A stretch of DNA of 64,000 bases, taken from positions 355,421 to 419,420 of the forward strand of contig NMRA01000400.1 in the NCBI GenBank assembly GCA_002633005.1, in the 5' to 3' direction. Under the pieces are notes generated by a model. The model did no database searches. It was not told where the DNA came from and was given only the letters and a program-made list of their open reading frames with translations. Below are positions 38,831 to 51,930 of this stretch, piece by piece (positions within the stretch are counted from its first letter, which is position 1; each line of letters begins with the position of its first letter). The position numbers and the translations under genes are program-made. This DNA is from Phoronis australis (Eukaryota > Animalia > Phoronida).

Positions 38831-41800
38831 CAATCAGCCTTTGGAAAATAGAAGTGTGACAATGTTGGCAATTAATTTTGTGAATGATTGTCACACAGTA
38901 AAACTCGCAAAAGTTGTCCATGCACAAGTTAGATCTTGAACTAGGTCAAAGTTCCNTCTTATAAATACTTCTTGAGCAATACATCACTTATGAATACTAA
39001 AAAATGCAATTCTGAAAACTAATTATGCAAATAAGGTGCCGCCATTACCATACAATGTAATTTGCGTCTTGAGTTTGTGTTCCTGCAGGCTAACTTGAAA
39101 AATGAGTTGTTTATACCTATATTTTCATGGTCAACAAACATGCTAAAAACATTTTTGGAGCAATTTATTTCATATTTATTGGGTTATAGATGTATACTTT
39201 CAGAATGTGGAAAAAATAGTCATTAATCTGCAATGCTGCTCAAGCAAGGTGTCACTAGTTTGCTGGAATATAGAGCAAATGTTCACACTATCCCGTTATC
39301 TTCCATTCATAAAAAATCAATGTAGTTATTGTTATTGAAGACATTAAATTCTCAGTTGCATGAATTATTTTCAGGCCTGCTGAACACAGTTTTAGCATTC
39401 ACTTTTTGGTACTTTTAAACATGACTAATGCCAGGCAAATCAAACTGTTTGCATACAAGGAATGTGCTGCTGGCATGAGCATGATGATATGCATTGTCTG
39501 CTGTTGCGTTGTTTCTGGCATGCACACAATACCATCTCCAGGCAGCTGTCTCGGATAGAACTCTGTGTCATCAGTATGGGCTGCAAGCATAAATTTGTGT
39601 GTCCCTCCCATATCAGAGGGTACTGGGAGCTCAGGTATAGAACAATGACCATTTTGCCATACCTTGACCTGATAGTGCACTCTCATCAGATGGAAACGGC
39701 CGGCATTATGGGTGAGGGGGAAGGACTTCTGGGTTCAAGGGGTTGGAGAATAATAAATGGCGTGCTACATCTACAGGTCGTGTTGTATATTCTGCAGACA
39801 AATACTTCTGAAGCCACCGTAATTTGCTCAGTGATTTCACCAATGCAGGGGTTCTTAAGCAATCTGTGATGCTCTAGGAACACCTTCCATGATGATTGTT
39901 TCATGTGATTGGCAAAGTACGAGTTGGTGCCAAACCCGGTCACGGCATGAAAAGCAAACAAGGATGTTGCTGAGTCTCTTAGTAGTTTGTTGAAAAGTGC
40001 TTCAGTGTGTATATCTCGTCATTTCTTTGATGTGCCTGACATCATACAGATATGCTCACTTTGCATTTGTTAAACGTGCGATACCAGAAGCAATAGAACA
40101 TCGGGTGTCTCTGAAAATACGACTGAGTGTGGACAGCATGCAGTACCAATCTTGCATCTGCTTCTTCATTTGTGGATTTCAGAGTCCTCAAATCAGTCAT
40201 AACCTTAGATGATTTAATTTACTTCCAGCTTATCTTTGAACCCTCCTGCAACCATAAACTCTTTATCTTCAGGCGTCTACAAACACAGTTACCCTGGCAA
40301 GAAATGTGCTAGGTCTTCTTTATTCTCAGCCAGTGCTCGAAAATTTGACCAGTTTTGAGGAAGAGGTACACCACAGCCTTCCAAAAATCACCTGATTTTC
40401 TGTATTCCTTTACTACGCTGTTTTCCTGTTGTGTATTTCATAGTTTCTTGTCTGTATCTGTTAAATACAATGTCAATTTTATGATATCGAAATCCTGTGT
40501 TTAGCACTGTTTTCATGAATGAATCAGCCAGGTTCTCGAAGGTCACATCACCATCAAGCTTCCCAAGAGCTACCAGCAATGCTTCGCCATCAAACATGAG
40601 GCAAGCGGGCGAGCCATGAAGTTGAATTCTTTTAGGACAGTCGATGTGTTAACTATTAATACTTCGGCAAGTGAAGATTTATCTCCAGTGGGCAATGTGC
40701 CACTCGTTTCTGTAAGAAAACATGGACGGGAAGAAGCTCGCGTTTGAGCACAGGCGGCAAAACAACTGGCCGACCCACCTCATAAACCGTAGCTAGGCAG
40801 CGAAGTATATCTCTCTCTGCCTTAAGAACTATTTTCTTGTCTTTGTCTTTGGATTGTTTCACCACATCATGTAAGTTGGCAAATGTTGGGGCATTATTTT
40901 TGCGCATAGGCGCGTGAATTGACATGTCTGAATTATCGCATTGCTCAGTGATAATCGGTCTCGAACAAATTTCTTAGTTTGTTCGTGTCCAAGTTCCTTG
41001 GCATGTAAAACTGACTCTTGGATTAGTGCTGTTGATAGGTCTTTTGTTGCAAGGCTTTGTAGCAGCTAAGGCCTTGCGGACGAGAAGACCTTCAATCCAT
41101 GGAATGCGTAAAGAAGGGAACTCTCAACAGTTGCCTCGTGGCTTCGTTATGAAACTATGTACTGCCACAGCTGTAAGTTTGTTCAGCTATATGAGATTTC
41201 AGATTAAATGAGAGTGTCCACCTCCATAGAGCTGACTTGGTTTTGGTATTACTGATGATACCACCTCCTTTTTGCCTGCCCCATTTACCCACTGGTCAAA
41301 ATCTACCTGACAGAGCATATGAGGACATCACTTGACTACAAAATTTCCTGCTTGAACCTCTGACCAAACAGAGTGTGGAAGCTGATGCATCTCGACTAAA
41401 AAGACCGCACCCCACTCGGGCATAATTCGGTGGGGCAGCACGAGAGTAAATGAATAGAGATGCAGTTCCAAAATACCATCCCGTTGAGAGCATGTGTACT
41501 TTAACAATATTGGAACCATGTACATGTAACTCCACCAGAAGCTGAAATTCACATCATCAGAACTACTGTTGACAAAATGCCCAGGAGTTTCCTGAACTTA
41601 TCCTAATTGAGAAATGTTAAAAACTCCGGAATTTTCTGTGGATCATCATCTGCAGACATACTGGTAATACAAGCATGACAGTCGCTTCTGCAATAAAGGA
41701 GAGAATGCTTGACACATGCAGGAGATGCCACAGAGCTTGCAAAGACAGTTTGTGTGCCCTCATACTGTAGCTTTGCTGTACGACATTCCACTGAGGACCA

Positions 41801-42922
41801 GTTCCATAGGTCTTGACCAAGTACTGCTCTCTCTATACACACCTCAGCTATTCCGGAATCACTTATGTGATCTTTTGTGGCCTTGATAAAGTTCATTGAT
41901 AGTTAAGAACAACTAATGAGGTACTGTATTAACATATTTTGGTATTCTGGGACCGACCATTAATCTGCAGCAGAGTGCTTGGTCGACTGTGAGGATGGTA
42001 TGTTCCTGTCCAAAATGGGACGATATGGCCATGCATCTCTTTACATCAATATTTAAAAGTCATGTTGTTATGTTTACAATACTTTTATGTCTTATCTAAA
42101 TAGTGAGATGTTCGCAAAAAAGCATTGATAATTATGATTTCTAATTTAATTTTCAGACTTTATTAATGAGCATTTGTAACTTAGTAAAGATGAAATAAAA
42201 AGCTTCACACGTGTCATAATGATTTTTCTAGACCTTCAAAACATAGGTATAGACACCCTAGTTGTCATGTTTGCCTGCAAATTGATAAAGTTACACCGAA
42301 ATTTGAATTTTTTGGTAATGGCGGAAGCTAATTAGCATAATTGGGGAATTTAATGACGTTCATTAATATGTTCTTAAATTTAAGTGATCTAAACACACTT
42401 ATACTATGTTTTTGAAGCAAAAATTTCCTAATTATTCGTCACATATTGTACTCCTGGTCTTACGAATGTTTGTTATCTTGGTGGTTTGGCGGCCATTTTC
42501 TTTATGCAAATTAGATGGTCAAAAACTCAAAATCCAGCTTGGGAACAGGCATAATCGAAATCAGCATACCATAATTATGGTAAAAAGATATGTTCTCCAC
42601 TTTTACTAAAAAATGTCTCTAACATCCACATTTTCCAGAAATGCGTCTAGACTATTTGGCTAGTTTATCCAACTTTCACCGGACGGAGATGCAGCCCTCA
42701 GCACATAAGAAATACCTCGCTGAAAGTGAGAGGGCGAGTAGAGTAAAGATTACGATAACAACAAGAAGAACATGCGGAACTCTAATGGCATGAAAACGCC
42801 AGGCTACAATAGTGTTTGACGGATATTGCTATATTATGGGTAAATGTAGCAAGATTGTTGTATCAGTGTGTAGTACGGACCGCCTTAATGCTTTTTATTC
42901 CGTGTTTCTCTCAACACTAATT

Positions 42923-44094
42923 CAGCCGATTTCATAAAGTTGGTTTAAAGTTAAACCTGGTTTAAACTGGACTTAGACCAGGTTTAAAGATAACCTGCAT
43001 TTCATAAAGGTGGTTGAACTTTTAGACCAGTGGTCTAGTATAACCTGGTTTAACTCCAGTTTAGACCTGGTCTAAGTCAGTTTTCATTTCATCAACGAGG
43101 TCTATATTCTTTAGACCTGTATTAAGATCTTAAACCAGGCTTAACTTTAGACTCGGTCAGACTCAGGTTTAACTGTTAGACATGTCAGATTTGCGTGATA
43201 TAGGTGCAACTGAATGATGCCGCTATGTGCATTTGCGACGCAGTTTTAGAGCGAAAATGGACCATTTTAAATATTCAGTTTTACGACGACAAAACAACAT
43301 ACGTAGCAGGGGCGGATCCAAGATTTTTAAAGTGGGGGCTCGGTCAAAGACTTTTTAAAAGGGAGGTCCAAGTCAACATTTGAAAATTATAGATTTGATA
43401 TCACTAAAGCAAGGTAAAAAGGGGGGTCCGTACCCCTTGACCCCCTTGGATCAGCCCATGCGTAGACCAGTACGTGCTGGAGGTGTCCTGCGAATTTTTC
43501 AGAATATGACTGGTCGAGCAGGGCGTCATCGCCGTACTAAGCAATAAGGGTTTTACTGAAGACAGCATCTTTTAATTCTTCTGACTAAGTTCCATCTCCA
43601 CTGGTCTCCGCTTTAGTGTTGACGGGATGGGGTCTTGCCCTCTCTTTGGCCGCAAAAAATAAATACTAAAATGACACGGAAAGAAATGGGCATTTATCAT
43701 GTTGGATCTCATCGCGAGCATGTATTTTATTGTGTGTACATGTATTGGGCACAGACATTACATTTTCCCCATGAGAAAAGCTTTTAGACCTGTTTCTTAA
43801 ATGTCTGCACTGATTCTGCTAGTGTGTGCCATTGTATACCCACGTTATCAAGGTTTCATTGAAGCACTTCAATAGTTTCAGTGTTGGATTATTCCAGATC
43901 GACACAATAGGATGGCTTGGATACTTTAAACCTAGTTTTTCTAAACCCTCTCCCTGGTCTTACAAAACTAGGCTTTCAGAATTTTAAACCACGTTGGTGA
44001 AATACAAGTTAGGTCTAAAATTAGACCAGGTTTAGGAAGACCAAATTTAAGTCTTAAATCCGATTTTGTTAAACCACCTTTATGAAATCGGCTG
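42923..44094. mobile_element. Harbinger-like non-autonomous element with TIRs and subterminal repeats; 3-bp TSD att
   Basis: cagccgatttcataaag ... ctttatgaaatcggctg; (a/g)accaggttt/aacctggt subterminal repeats; att at 42920-42922 and 44095-44097; empty site at 46052-46054. Confidence 0.85.
43307..43460. mobile_element. 154-bp hAT-like MITE with 5-bp TSD (cgtag), nested in the previous element
   Basis: caggggcggatccaag ... cttggatcagcccatg; cgtag at 43302-43306 and 43461-43465. Confidence 0.85.
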
Positions 44095-47000
44095 ATTGTG
44101 TCGTCAACACTACACGGATTTTCATGCATCAGTGCCAATTACATTTGTCGACTACAATTTCATTTACGTGCTATAAAAGCCGTGAAACTCATCACTCCAT
44201 ACTGTGGTGTCCTGGGTGGGACTTCTCTGTGAACAAGTTTTACAGGTTTGGCTAGATCGTCACGTTAGTGACAGTGTTTAGTCATTGGAGACGCTGCGGT
44301 GGCATACGTCCAGTACTTTCAAGTATGAACTTATATTTCTTCTGCTAGACAAACGTTTTTGAATGTCTCTAGTAACAACTTTGATCTTTACTTCTTTCAA
44401 TTTAGTAAAAACTAGAAAAAGTAGACAACCCACTTATGCCGTTTTTGTGTCATGACTGTAAACACGCAGTGTAATTTCGCCATTTGGCTCTTTATATGTC
44501 ACGAGCGTCAACGTTCACTTATAGATATGAATACTTATTAGAAAACTATACTATGATTTGCAGATACCATGAAGCCAACTCGTAATGGAGAAGCTGGAGG
44601 TATGTCAATATTTTAAAATTGACCGATGTGATACCGTAGAACTTAACATTAAATAGACAAAATGCCACTTTCTCGTCAAGTACTAAGACCGTCGTTTTCT
44701 TTTCGACAAAATATGTGTGGTTGCTCCGAACCGCAAATCTGTTACGAATTCGCTTTTTTCAGATGAGCTGTCCTGTGGTCATTTTCGTGGAAAACAGCAC
44801 ACATGAATTGTTCTGCATTACTTTAATCGTTATCGAACTATTTTGGCATTTATTCCAAATGTTTCGGAAATGGACAGCCGCAACCACTGTGGCGCCCTCT
44901 TGCAGCAATTTATTTTTGTGGTGCCCCGTTTTCTACCAAGGTTCTTTGATTGACATTCTGGTAATTTACAATTCGTACATGTATGTTCCAGTTGATAAAT
45001 GAGAGTACGCCTGACCTTCATTTTAATCACGCTTGAAGGAACTTTATGATATTATGCAAATATATTATTTTGAATTTACAAGTTTGCAAAATCCTTACTT
45101 TTGAGCTTGGTTGCAAATATCATCACCTCCAATGTATCATAGAATATTGTCCTGGAGACTGGCAGTAGAATTCTCCTCTTTCCCCGAAAGTAGAAAGCCC
45201 CTTGTTTTCATTGACCTAATGGTTTGGGATGTCAGACTTTATTTCACAAGTCGAGTTGTATCACTTTAGCAAGATTCCAGATTTCAACTGTTTAAAAATT
45301 TTGGAATTGAAAAATATCTCCAAGAAAGGGCATTCTTTTCCGTTCAAAACTAAGGCGAACAACTCGTTTTATCCATTCGATCCGTATTTTCTTGTCTCTG
45401 ACTGATGTCGGGAATTTAAACAAATTTACATCACTTATCCACTGATATATGGTAAGTTTATTCAACTTTCACCGGACGGAGATGCAGCCCTCAGCACATA
45501 AGAAATACCTCGCTGAAAGTGAGAGGGCGCGTAGGGGAAGGTTACGACAACAACAAAAAGAACATGCAGAACTCTAATGGCATGAAAACGCCAGGCTACA
45601 ATAGTGTGACGGATATTGCGGTATTATTGGGGACAAATAAAACAACAAGAATAATATATATTTTAAGTTGCATTGGGAATTTCAGGGCTCTTCAAATAAA
45701 TATTTCACAGAAAGATCCAGATGGGTTCCTTAATTACACGACATAGCACACACATTTACGATACCCAATGTGTAACTGAGAATCGGATACTAAGTGCCAC
45801 AGGTTAGCATAGTACCAAATGGGTACATAAGACCAAATGGGTATTGTCCGATTGCCTACCAAGTGGGTCAAGCACAACAGCAAATTCAGTAACAACTACC
45901 AAATGGGTACAAACTGCCAAATGCGCAAATATCATATAAAATACCAAGTAGGTACACCAAACAGCCTACTGGGCAATACAGCAAGATTCTGGTGTCACTG
46001 TGTAGAACGGACCGCCTTAATGCTTTTTACTCCGTGTTTCTCTCAACACTAATTGTGTCGTCAACACTATACGGATTTTCATGCCTCAGTGCCGTTGATA
46101 TTTGCCGGCTGCAATTTCATTTACGTGCTATAAAAGTACTGAAACTCGTCACCCCATACTGTGGTGTCCTGTGTGGGACTTCTATGTGAGCAAGTTTCAT
46201 GGGTTTTGCTAAATCGTCATTTGAACGTTAGTTACAGTGTTCAGTCATTGGAGTCGCTGTGGTGGCATACGCACAGTAGTTTCAGGAATGAACTGATGTT
46301 GTTTCTGCTAGTCAAACGTTATTGAATGCCTCTAGTAACAACTTTGAACTTCACTTCTTTCAATTTAGTACAAACTAGGAAAAGTAGACATCCCACGCAT
46401 GTTGTTTTTGTGACATGACTGTAAACAGACAATGTAGTTTCGCCACTCGAGTCTTTGTATGTCTCGAGCGCCAACATCCACTTATTAGACACGAACACTT
46501 ATTGTGAAACTATGTTATGATTTACAGGTGCCATTAAGCCAACTGAAACTGGAGAAGGTGGTGGTATGTCGACATATTTCTCTAATTTAAAAGTAAACTT
46601 GCCCGTTGATGTGATTAGTGCTTGACATTGGGTGAAAAATACGCTGCTTTCTCGACGTAAGCATTAACAGTATTATTTTTTATCAACACAATTCGAGTTG
46701 TTGTTCTAAACTGCGAATCTTCTGTTATGAACCCAGTTTTCCGGATGAACTTTCCTGTGATCACGTCTATATATAAGTAGCAACATTAAGTTGTGCCACA
46801 TCGCATGTTCAGAATGGTTTTTGATAGTACAGACTCTTCGCAGGGATGCATGTGCGTTTGAACTGCATATGTACATTATTGGAAACTTCAAAAGTAATCT
46901 AGAAAATAGTGAGAACAATTCAAGTAACACAAGCCATAGGTTTCCAATGACTTCAGATATCTCAAATGTAGAGACTTGGTTATAAAATAGATCAATCTGT

Positions 47001-50000
47001 TGTTGTCTAAATCAAGTTAAGCTGATACACTGCATGCACGAAACTAAATTGTGAAAGATTTATCAACATCAGCATCAAGTACGACCTATTCAAAGTAACT
47101 TCCCTTTCAACCGTTTCATAAGTCCGGGCCACATTTATGAAGAATAAAGGTGACATTTAGATAGAGCAATTGGTTTGTTTTCATCTCCATTCAAATATTT
47201 GCGCAAATAGAATCCAGTGTCCGTGTCTTTTTTAACGCATTGGATTCGATGCAACGGAGAACAATCAAAACAAAATGGTATTACTTCTATTTGTTAAAAT
47301 TGATAAGATTGTCCTGGCAATCACCCGCGTGTCCAAATTATAGCTTTTAGTCATCAAGGGAAAGATGGGTGACATCTGTTGGTCGATTTAGTAATTCATT
47401 CCCCCGCATAAAATCCTAGACACACCAGTGCGTTCAATCAATTTCACTTATATGATTTGAGTTTGAGGACAGGGGAGTTGGTCACTGTGTTAAAGAATGA
47501 AATTCCTCGTCGACTACTCCACACTGACACTGGCAAAACACCTTAACTGTCAAAATATTTTCACCTATGGTCACCGTACGTCAATTTCAGTTAACTGGAC
47601 CGATTTTTAATTAACACCACTTAGGAATTCACTTCAAACAGTGTTGGCTTTTTTAAGAAGCTAACCCAACCCATCCTGTTTCTGATGCGCATGATATCAA
47701 AAGGCTGGGGGCTAGGATGATTGAGGCCTCTTCCAGAGTATTGAGCGCAGAGGGAGGTTTACCTAGCAAAGTATAGGCCTACATGTACCTTGCCTTGGTC
47801 TGATTCAAGAAGTTGAAGTCAAAATCTTTCAAGTAAACCTGCGTGATATTGACCGTTTGTTGTAGTGTCAGCTGGATGTGACGATACTCCATACAAAGTC
47901 GTAATCTGCGCAGCCTTTGTTGTGATGGGTATGATCTCCACCATTGGCTAATTCTTCGAAGACATCACAGAGGGTCTCTATGAAAACCTGATTTATAGCT
48001 GTACCGCTATTTTTGAAAACAGAAAACGAAGTTCTCCAAAGTTGAAACAGTATTTCGAGAGTGCTAAACAAAATGTACAAATTGATAATATAACGTTTAT
48101 TTTTATTTTTTCTTGAACAGGGTCTGTTTTTTCTCTTGCCCTCTTCCTCTGTATGATGCTCAATGGTTACTGTTGAATGAACGTGTTAATTGTGATTAGA
48201 ATTTAATGTAAGTATTCTTCTTGTTATTCCTCTAGTTGCTTTGATGATACTTGAAAGTCATCGATGACATATTTGTTTCTATTATTTTGTCGTCACTTGC
48301 AATTGTATTGTTATGATGTGTTGTCAGGTGATTTTTGTCGTTTCTTGTTTTTCTGATATTCCTTCAAATGTTGCACCCTTTGTTCCTTTAAACATTGAAA
48401 TAAAATTTCATGAAAAGAACATTCCTCGCCGTGGTTTTGCGAAGCTCGGGGTTTAATGAAATCATCCGTATAACATACACGGATATTCCATTTTAACCCA
48501 TATTTGTGTAAATGCAAGTTTTGTATACGTCACGTTATTTACTATCAACACGGGAAACTGAGTAGAGCCAATCGTTTTTCAACGGTAAAGGGCGTATACA
48601 TGTGCATCCGTAGAAGCCGTATTTTACGGTCGGTGTAGTAACTTTCCGTGTAAGACGCCACATTTGATTGGGTTCGTTCCTTTTGGTTATCTAAAACATT
48701 GATCCAAGGCGTCATTAATGAAAAAGCAGATTTACTGCTCTAAAAATCATAAACTTTTTCCGATGAAAACTCCGACCCACGGTGATCAGTCTTTTAGGAC
48801 TGGTTAGTTTTAAACTGGCTCATAATGGGTCAGTTGCCTAGCAAGTAGCATATCTAACAAAATCTAGTTCAAATCAAATGTCAAAGTTATTGTCATTGAT
48901 GAATACTGTATATGTACTCTGAGATATTTATCGGAAATTGTGACCTAGTATCCAGAATGTTTTTTTAACTACAGATTTCCTCGAATCTTTCTCGCTGGTA
49001 GCGTAAAGTCTTTCATGATTGGTGGGCAGTGTCCTGATGGAGTAAAATTCGCGTGCAGGACGTCAAACTTGATTGGGCTCGTTCATTTGGGTTACATAAA
49101 ACATCATGGGTCACTTGCCCAGCAAGCAGCGTCTCCAAAGTATCAGACACAATCTAATTCAAATCAAACGAAAACGTTACAATTGTGGACGCATGCAGTA
49201 TTTCTACACCTAGAACTACAAGATACAGGATATTGCGACCTTTTATTGAGCATGCGTTTTTTACCGACTACGTTCCCCGACTCTCCCTCGCTGATTTTTT
49301 GCTATACTGTACTTAACTCAAGTTCTGCAAATCGGCAGTTTCCGACGTTACTTTCCAGTGCTATGGTCAACATGGATAATCTTTCTATTACTATTTTCAT
49401 TCCAGAAGCCATAAACCACAGAAATAAACATAGAAAACAAAAGACACTCATTGAAGTTAAAAATGTCACTCTGCTACACGAAAAACCGTTCAGTTAACGG
49501 TACTACTTCGTGAATATTCAAATTTGTATCAAGCTTCACCTAGTGACTTCCAGGGGAACTGTGTGTACAAGTACAATCAGGAAAAGAAACTGTTTGTAAA
49601 TAAATTGCGATTTTTAAATAAAACTCCACAACTGTTACACTTAAAAACAAGTGTGAACATATTAAAAACCTTATAATTCCAAATAGTGCGCAATCGATAG
49701 TTGATAGTGAATTAAACAAAATAATAATAACTGCCCTTTTTCATTAGGGTAACGAGGAAATATTACCATAAAAATAGTCTAACAAAAGGAGACTTTTGCG
49801 AGATTGCAATGCTAACTCACTTGTTCTCGGATGGTTTCCATCACACTGGAAAACGCGGGGTTGTTTGTAAACTAGAACTCCATTTGCATCTTCACAATTC
49901 AGTGAGACGTAGCATCTTTAAAGTCCTTATCTCAAAGGGCATTCTAGGTAAAAGACGTAAAAATATATAACAAATTACGTAATGCGTAACAGCATAATGT

Positions 50001-51437
50001 TCACATCCTTTCTGTTATCAAAGTAAAAGCCTTTTTAGCACAGTTTTGTACCTTGGCCGAGAGCGGAAAATCATCGACCATTCTCGTCTATATCCGTGAC
50101 CTGAGTTCCTGTGCGTCAGTTGAGGAACGATTCCTGAATGCCAGTCATGCTGGCCTTGAAAACGTAATGACATCACCGTGAGCGTAAATGCCTTGTTACT
50201 TTGTTTGGTTGTTTTTGATTCCAATTTTGGTTCTTTTTATACAAACTTGATTATTTATTGTCCAAATTTTACCTGTTCTTTGTATGTGACGAATGGTATT
50301 TAATGCATAATGATAATTTTGTGTAGCGTTGCAAAGTCTCCCGTAGCCAACGCTCGGCTACTGAGGCCAGTTCTGACTCATCGCGAAGGTACGTCAGATT
50401 AGAAATAGTACCCGTTTAGGTAATAAATTAGAGAAAAAAGTTTCTTGATCAACAAATGTCTTGCCATTTTCGCCAAACCGTGAAATTGATGCAAAGTACG
50501 AGCCTGAAGTGAGCAATGGCCGTGTCGTGGTGACTACCCGGACGTGTGAGCGCAGTGCTTAATTGGCAGCAAATCGGCACCGGCTTTACTGGCCGTTAAA
50601 AATTTAAAATAGAAAATAAAACATCCACATACGGCGATGTGTCGACATAACAAAAACAGTTTTACCTCAAAACAGCGAGCTCCACATCTGTGCTTGATTT
50701 TGCTGCCAGGATATAGTAACAGACGAAGTATCGATAATTCTTCGGTCTGTAGTCCTCGCCGTGACTGGATCTTCGCCGCGAAATGAAAATCACTTGCTAA
50801 ATTGGCTTTGATTTCAATTATCAGGGAAATACATTTTCAAACCTCACAATAACAAAATCACAATATATACAGGGTATACTTCTTGTCTAAATATAAAAAT
50901 TCCGCGCCGCAAACCACAGTTTAGTACAAATTCGTACTTGATAACCCTTACATAGGTTCGAGCTATAAACTCGAGTAAAAACTCGAGATTTTGACTAAAA
51001 AACTCAAAATTCCGAGTTCAAACTCGAACGTATGGCTGGGGTAACCAAGAGCAACACAGAATAACACAGTTATTTACGTGAACCATGACATACTCCGGCA
51101 CAGACTAAATTAGTCACTTATCTTCATTTAACACCAAGGTAAAACGGAAAATGTTAAAATTAATTTCGAGTTCGACTAAGAGAGTAGATCCCAGACTCTG
51201 ATACATATTAAAAATTTAGACATTCTGAGGGTTACTTTGAAAATAACCTAAAACAACCTAAGTCCACTACCAACTCAAATCTTTTGTCATTTCTGTTTAT
51301 TTATCCCCTTAACATTTCAACGACCAAATTTTTTCTAAATATAACTAGAAAAATGTCTTTTAAAAACCCGTTTCGTGAGAAAGAAAAGCTTCATTGCTCC
51401 TGTTTAATTAAATTGTTGATTAATTTTGTTTTTTTAT

Positions 51438-51651
51438 TGTCAAGTTTTTCCCCGTGTGTGGGTGGGCGCAGGTTGTTACAGACCGGTGCTAATAGCTTTT
51501 GGTGCGACGTTTGACTGAAGACTGGTTCGAGTTTATCCTTTATTAATACCGACCGTACGTTCACTAGCCTACTTAAACAAAACGTCCGACGTAATGTCTG
51601 TTTATGCTCCAGCCAGTGCTGCTAAGTCTCTACTTGTGATGAACTTCTGAG
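51438..51651 (-). mobile_element. Partial LTR (same family as 58544-59348)
   Basis: tgtcaagtttttccccgtgtgtgggtgggcgcaggttgttacagaccggtg... is colinear with 58544-58757. Confidence 0.8.
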
Positions 51652-51688
51652 TTTGGTGTATATTGTCGATATTAGCTTTAACTCAGCA

Positions 51689-51930
51689 GGAAACAGGTCA
51701 CTTCATACCCAAATCAACCCGTACTCAAGTCAAATTTCAAAAGTATTTAAAAACTACGTAATTTGGCAAAGCAGTGATTAAAATCAATCAATCGTGCCAT
51801 ATTGATGCAAAACGACTCAATATTATCCGTTATTTAGTGAATGAAAATGAAAATTTATTAGTACTGTTTTTAGCACGGGTATGAGTTGACTTGGGTGCCA
51901 GTTGGCTAAGGTACGAACTGACAGGAATAC
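51689..51930. mobile_element. MITE with short TIRs and ~15-bp subterminal repeats
   Basis: ggaaacaggtcacttcatacccaaatcaacccgtac at the left; gggtatgagttgac...ggtacgaactgacaggaatacc at the right. Confidence 0.55.

Larger units (their letters stand above)
36176..42654 (-). mobile_element. Academ-type DNA transposon (transposase with XPG/PIN-like nuclease motifs), degraded, with its 3' part present twice
   Basis: Long imperfect TIRs with TAG...CTA ends (tagtctagac(t/g)cattt..., ...gaccatctaatttgcataaa). Minus-strand fragments GQEHTILTVDQAL, LKAERDIL, DGEALL..IDIVFDRY, STHEEADPRLVLHA, FHAVTG..TNSYF, RVHYQVKVW and a C-terminal Cys cluster. No matching TSD was seen. Confidence 0.8.
42662..46763 (+). 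repeat. Diverged local direct duplication (copy A 42662-44782, copy B 45455-46763), each copy with a different insertion
   Basis: Both copies begin agtttat(c/t)caactttcaccggacggagatgcagccctcagcacataagaaatacctcgctgaaagtgagagggcg and stay colinear. Copy A carries 42923-44094; copy B carries a ~340-bp insert near 45630-45968. Confidence 0.88.

Noticed and set aside
47788-48010. Possible minus-strand exon with a GT donor near 47788
   Set aside because: No frame is open between the candidate acceptors and the donor, and no recognisable homology.
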